Assembly: GCA_964187785.1 (NCBI GenBank)
Contig: OZ076409.1
Span: 8,062,001 to 8,126,000, forward strand
DNA from: Amphiscolops sp. MND2022
Taxonomy: Eukaryota
Reading direction: 5' to 3'
DNA length: 64,000 nt
A program made the position numbers and the translations under genes. Positions 53,701-59,700 of this stretch are shown piece after piece; the stretch's first letter is position 1; each line of letters starts with the position of its first letter. Under the pieces are notes generated by a model. The model was not told where the DNA came from. It ran no database searches and saw nothing but the letters and a program-made list of their open reading frames with translations.

Positions 53701-56700
53701 GAAAACTGTAATTTTAGCAGAAAAACGTAGGCGTCATACTTGATGACGGAAACTTTGATATTACAAGAACTATCCCACATCTTTGCATAACTCTGTGAGG
53801 GAGAATGGTTTTCGTATCTACTTTCACTTCTGAGAAAAATCAGTTAGAAGTTGGGAAAAAATGGAAATTTTTCGAATTTTTTCTTCATCCATTCTGTTGC
53901 CCAATATTACCAGAGCGAAAAAAAGTCGACGTCATTTTTACCTTTACACATAGCCTACTGAACCCTCGTACAAATTACGAAACCATGGACTCCGTATTCG
54001 TTCTCGGTCCTGATATACAGGATACAGATATACAAGCTCGAGTAAAAAAGATTGAGAAATTTTTTCAAAAAAATCAAGTATTTTTAGCAGAAAAACGAAG
54101 GCGTCATCTTTGATGACGAAAACTTGATTAGTACAAAAAAAGCCCACATCCTTGCTATTTGTCTTGAGGAAGAATGGTTTCTGTATCTTTCGTCAGTGTT
54201 GAGAAATATGAGCTACAAGTGAGAAAAAAAATTTTCGAAATTTTTTCATTCCTCTTTTTTTGCCCAAAAAGCGCAGTCGGAAAAAAGGTTGACGTCATTT
54301 TTTAGCAAAAATGTAGCCTACAAAACGCTTGTATATTATACGAAACCATGGACCCTGTATCTGGTCTCGGTTTTGAGAAATAAGGGAAGAAAATGAAACA
54401 CTCTAAAAATTTGCGTTTTTTCAAAACTTTTTTCAAAAAAAAACAGGAAGCCGAATTCTTTTTGGAAATTTTTTTCAACAAAAAGGTAGCCAAGGCTTCT
54501 ACCCAACTTTTGGCTAGGACAAAGGTTTTTCGTATCTCTTTTCAGTTCTGAGGAAAATCAGTTACAAATTATGAAAAAATGGGAAATTTTTCAAATTTCT
54601 TCTTCATCCCTTTATTTGCCCAAAAAAACCGGAGCAAAAAAAATTCGACGTCATTAGTGGATTTAAACGCAGCCTACTGAGCCCTAGTACAAATTACGAA
54701 ACCATGGACTGCGTATTTGTTCTCGGTCTTGAGATATTGGGGCTCAAGTATAAAATAAATAGGAAAATTTTTCAAAAAAAAACAAGTATTTTTAGCAATA
54801 AAACGAACGCGTCATACGTGATGACGGAAACTTTGTTGGTACAAAACCTAGCTTACATCCTTGCTGTTTATCTTGAGGGAGAATGGTTTCTGTATCTTTC
54901 GTCAGTTTTGAGAAATATGAGCTACAAACAAGAAAAAAATTTTTGACATTTTTTTTCATCCAGTTTTTTGCCCAAAAAACCAAGTCTGAAAAAAATTTTG
55001 ACGCCAATTTTGAGCGAAAATGTAGCCTATGAAACGCTTGTAAATTACACGAAACCATGGACCCTGTATTTGATCCTGGTTCTGAGAAATAGGGGTTCAA
55101 ACATAAAAAATAGTCAAAAATACCGTTTTTTCAAAACTTCTTTTTAAAAAAAACCATGAAGCCGAATTTTTTTCGAAATTTTTTTTCGACGAAAATGTAG
55201 CCCAGGAACCTGCGCAACTTTTAGCGGAACCATGGTGTCCGTATCTGTTATGGGTTTTGAGAAATTTGCCACAAGTTTGAAAAGTTGGCACATGTCACGA
55301 AATCTGCGAAAAAAAAACGTCACCATATGGGCAATCTCGCTCCGCTCGTGCCCCAAAAAAACGTCACCATATGGGCATCTCGCTCCGCTCGTGCTCCAAA
55401 AACTAAACGCAAACAATAAGGCCCCTCGCTTCGCTCGTCGCCTTAAAAAAACAGACAAGACGGCAAACATACATAATAAGCACGCGCTACTGCAAAACAA
55501 ACGATGACCAATCTCATTCAAATTCGACCGCTAATCCGAATACCATTGGAACGCCACGCCGCAGTACTATTTCTCAAATCAAAAGCAATGACAAAAAACA
55601 ATAATCAACAAAATACGGCTAGATACACACGTGAATCTACTTTGAGGTACCACTGGTGCGCAAACGACGAGATAGTGAAAATCATCAACAGACTGACAAC
55701 TTCACGCAAAAACCAGAGAGCTCGAACGAAGAAAATTTGAACTGACGAGACCGGCACACATCGCCACCAATGGCACAAGAAACTAGATAGGAAGAGCCTG
55801 CTCCCCAAAGCACCAGGTGACGCTGACCGAAAAGAGACAAAAAGAATTGATATCCAACTACGATGGAAGGAAAAATGCCGCGATACACACCTCGGAGGCG
55901 GTTACTCCAAAACTTTTGGCGACGAAATCCCACCGCGAACAGCACCAACCACCGAAGCAAATCTGGTCACAATAACAGTTCAAAAATCATCAGTAGACAT
56001 CGAATCTACGGTATCATTATTACCAGAAGAGTCTATTATCACGCAAGAACATACCCAGCCTCCCCCCGTACAAGAGTATCGCGACGGACCGATCGAAGAA
56101 ATTGCCGTCCACTACGTACAGAAAAACCGGATGATAGAGAAGAAATCAACCCAAAACCGACAGCAAGAAAACAACATCCGATCCGCTGACCTGGATTTCA
56201 TGTTCAATTTGAAACCCTGATTAAAGAAACGGCAGTGGATCCAGATCTAAGTAAAACTACAATGCTGTCTAAAGACAACAAAATGCAGGAGATTCAAGAA
56301 GACTATAAGCAAGTGGCAAAGAGACATCGCTTTGGTATAACCATGGTAGACGACCGAATTATCGTTCCAAAAGTCTACGATATTCTGCATTAAACCCCCT
56401 ACACTTTGACTATCCGGGTAGCGACAAGATATGCAGCGGTGGAGTAATCTTCTGAAGGCCGAACATGCGGTCGGAAATAAAGAAAAAGGCAAAAACCTAC
56501 TTCGCCTGACTAAATACCGTTGAGACTTTAAAACCACCAATTTCCAGTACCAAAAATTCAAAAACCGAACTGCCAAAAAAACCCTGGAAATTAATTCATA
56601 TTGATATCACAGAAAATTTGAATAGTAAATATCTAAACACTTTCCCTTCTATTAGTCGCCGTAGATTAAAAAGCCGCTGGCAGGTGTCAAAAAGTTGCAA

Positions 56701-59700
56701 AAACACCAATCACCACACGGTGATAACATTTCTACTGGAATACATAAATGGTGTACCGAAATTAATTAACGTTGATGAAGGAGGTGCTTTTATCTCCAAG
56801 TAGGAAAACGAAAATAAAAAGAGCTCGCTCGGTAGTAAATTCGTTATTGAACAGCAAACCGCAATCTTTGGATCTAAACACACCGTAACTACCGACAAAA
56901 ACGAAACTATACACAGGAAATCAATTTCTAAATCAAAAGCGTTCCAGAGTACAGCCTCGTCAACAAACGAATCAGCACAAGGACGGTGACGATAGCTGAT
57001 AGACCGTCAAGATCAAAACGGCTGAACCAACGGCAGTGTGCGAATACAGAAGGAACGTGCCACCGCGCCCAGAAAACATGGACAATAGCGCGGATTGGAT
57101 AAAAAGGAAAGAACAACCCAGACACGAGATGGGCCAATTCACAAGCCCTGATGAGTCGACAGGAAAGCCCATAGACCTCGATCTCAGTATGGTTTCCGAG
57201 AACGAAAATTTTCACTGTTATAGTACAAGCGAAGGAAAGCCAGTCAACACAAACATCGAGGACGAGCTACAACTATCGCCGATAGAAACATTATTGACCC
57301 CGGAGACATGTATAAACATTGACCAGAGCTGCATATGCGGTAAAGGAGTCGGCTTAGGTTTTTTTCTTCTGACTCGCCCCAATCCCAGTCATACCAATTC
57401 ATTGGAATTGCACACATAGGACCATACTAAGGTGTAGAAAATGACTGTAAAAAATTTCCTTCGAATCGTATGAACAGTTTCAGCAAAAGTCAAAAAATTC
57501 GAAAAATGGCTATTTTTTTACCATTTTTGGGGTAATTTAGGCTATGTTTCTCACATCCCAGCAGTACGAAATTGCTGAAACTACACACAAAGCACCATAA
57601 CATGATGTAGATTGACTGTACAAAATTTCATTCGAATCTTATGGACAGTTTTTGAGAAAGTGGAAAAAAAACAAAAAATGAATGTTTTTCGGCCATTTTT
57701 GGTCTAATTTTGTCTATGTTTCTCACATCCCAGCCATACGATTTTGATGCCATTGCACGTATAAGACTCTAATATGGTGTAGAATAACTGTAGAAAATTT
57801 CATTCGAATCGTATCGGACAGTTTTTGGAAAAATCGAAAAAAATGAAAAACCGCTGTTTTTTGGCCCTTTTTGGGCTAATTTTGGCTATGTTTCTCACAT
57901 CCCAGCCATATGATTTTGCTGCCATTGCACATATAGGACTCTAATATGGTGTAGAATAACTGTAGAAAATTTCATTTGAATCGTATGGACAGTTTCTCAG
58001 AAAATAGAAAAAAAATGAGTGTTTTTCGGCCATTTTTGGGCTAATTTTGGCTATGTTTCTCACATCCCAGCCATACGACTTTGATGCCTTTGCGGACGCA
58101 GGGGCCCTTTTGGGTGTAGAATGACTCTGCAACATTTCGTGAAAATCGTATGGACAGCTTTTGAGAAAATTGAAATTTTCACGAAAAGGTCGGGAGAAAA
58201 AAAAAACAAAAAAAACAGCACGATTGCATAAGTAGTCGAAAATTTTTCCCACTCCTAAAAAACACCTATTGAACACCACCAAACGGTGAGAAGATCGCAA
58301 AGACTACCATATGCTAAACAAACTAAGAAAATAGGCGGTGTACCACACCATACCGATAATAATATAAAGAAAATGAATATTTGTTGTGCTTTACAGGAAC
58401 GCCAGAACAACCAGCCCTGGACAAACAGCAGTGAAGAACCGATGAACCGTATTATATTGACAAAACTGGAAAAACTTCAAACTAACCGCGAAATATGGCA
58501 TCACAGCACTCAACAACCCCATACAACCGATTCTATCCGGAGGGGGAATGTGAGATACAGAGGTCAAGCTGCCAATCTCCTTCAAAACTACTACACACAG
58601 AGAGTTGCTTAGTCAGATTGTAAGCAAAGTCTAATAAGAATTCTATCCAATTTATGTTATGTGACTTTATATACCATTGATGATATGAAACTACGCTAGA
58701 ATACAGTTGAGTTGAACATCTACATACAGTATTGTTTTAACCTTAGATTAGCGATATTAACAGGTAAAAAATCGAAAAACTAAAAATTGATGTTCTCGAA
58801 AAATTTTTTGACCAATAAAATGAACGCGTTAGATCTCAATTAGCCAATGAGAGTTGCGTATTTTATCTTTTTACACAATCTTTTTACGTGTTGTTCTTTT
58901 AAGTTCACTACTTCAGATAGTGCTGTAGAGCAAATATAGCTCAGTCAACACAAAAAAAACATAATGACTTAGTACTCAGAGTAAAAGACTGGACGGTCAT
59001 CAAATAGACTTCACGATGCAGTTCCCATCACAATTTGTGCATTAGTTTGTTCAATATATGCAATGATTCTACCGATGGGCTGTCGGTTGCCACTGCAAAG
59101 CCGCAGATGGAACCTCAATGGCCACTGGTGTGACTTGGATGAATCATAAGCGACCACCGGTGGTCTGCGATTGGTTGCCAACTCGGGTGTCAATCTGTCA
59201 TCAACCTGACTGAGACTCTACTCGTAGATATTTCAGCCCTGATTGTTGAAAGAAAAATCCTGGCTAGCGGTGATTTTTCAGTGAGTTTTGGCGATGACTA
59301 ATTTGAAATATTTGCAGCCATACTAACTTCTACATGTATCAGAGCATAATTGGAATCAATCATGTTTCAGTTTGACCGTCATTGGAACTACTTTTCAGAT
59401 CAAACCAATCATTCAACTCGGCGTAGGAAAAAGGAATGCACTTTTATGAATGACCAAGAAGTTTATCAAACCGGTAATTACGGGACAGGGGGAATTACAA
59501 GGGAACTATCTGACCCATACCTTTTGTATGGAAAAGAGCTTTGATTGAAGCTTCCTGGCCGTTGAAGAAAAGAGTTGCCATGTCATTAAACTCATTTTCG
59601 ACGCAGAAAAAGGAGCGCAAAGAGACTGTCTCGTTGTTATCCGTCTGGTAGTCGTTCTGAAACACAAAACTTTCAACTTTTTGCAATAGAATTCATGCCA

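Larger units (their letters stand above)
43185..55446 (-). mobile_element. Nested HINE-like (family 3) complex with a tandem higher-order array
   Basis: Repeated AACATAGGCGCGACGGCATGTCGCGC hairpin ends, subTIR GGGCACGAGC/GCTCGTGCCC, three stacked opposite ends at 55318-55446, insertion into an A-run with no TSD. Confidence 0.8.
40154..58762 (+). mobile_element. Older Gypsy LTR retrotransposon, decayed and interrupted
   Basis: LTRs about 40154-40367 and 58549-58762, PBS TGGCGCAG at 40368, PPT GGAGGGGGAA, TSD ggtca/ggtaa; inserted into a pogo-type MITE whose halves rejoin (compare the copy at 11001). Confidence 0.9.

Noticed and set aside
44287..55291. Many repeated short ORFs in the array (MPKRDMPS..., MIPYFSEPG...)
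   Set aside because: They arise from the tandem repeat; frames shift with homopolymer length and there are no protein motifs
44508..55317. CRISPR-like reading of the regularly spaced GC-rich hairpins
   Set aside because: The intervening sequences are kb-long and near-identical rather than unique spacers; eukaryotic context and no cas genes
38391..58913. A single 20-kb TIR element from 38391 to 58913
   Set aside because: The 38391 MITE appears to have its own degenerate right end near 38670, so the Gypsy host is a separate copy
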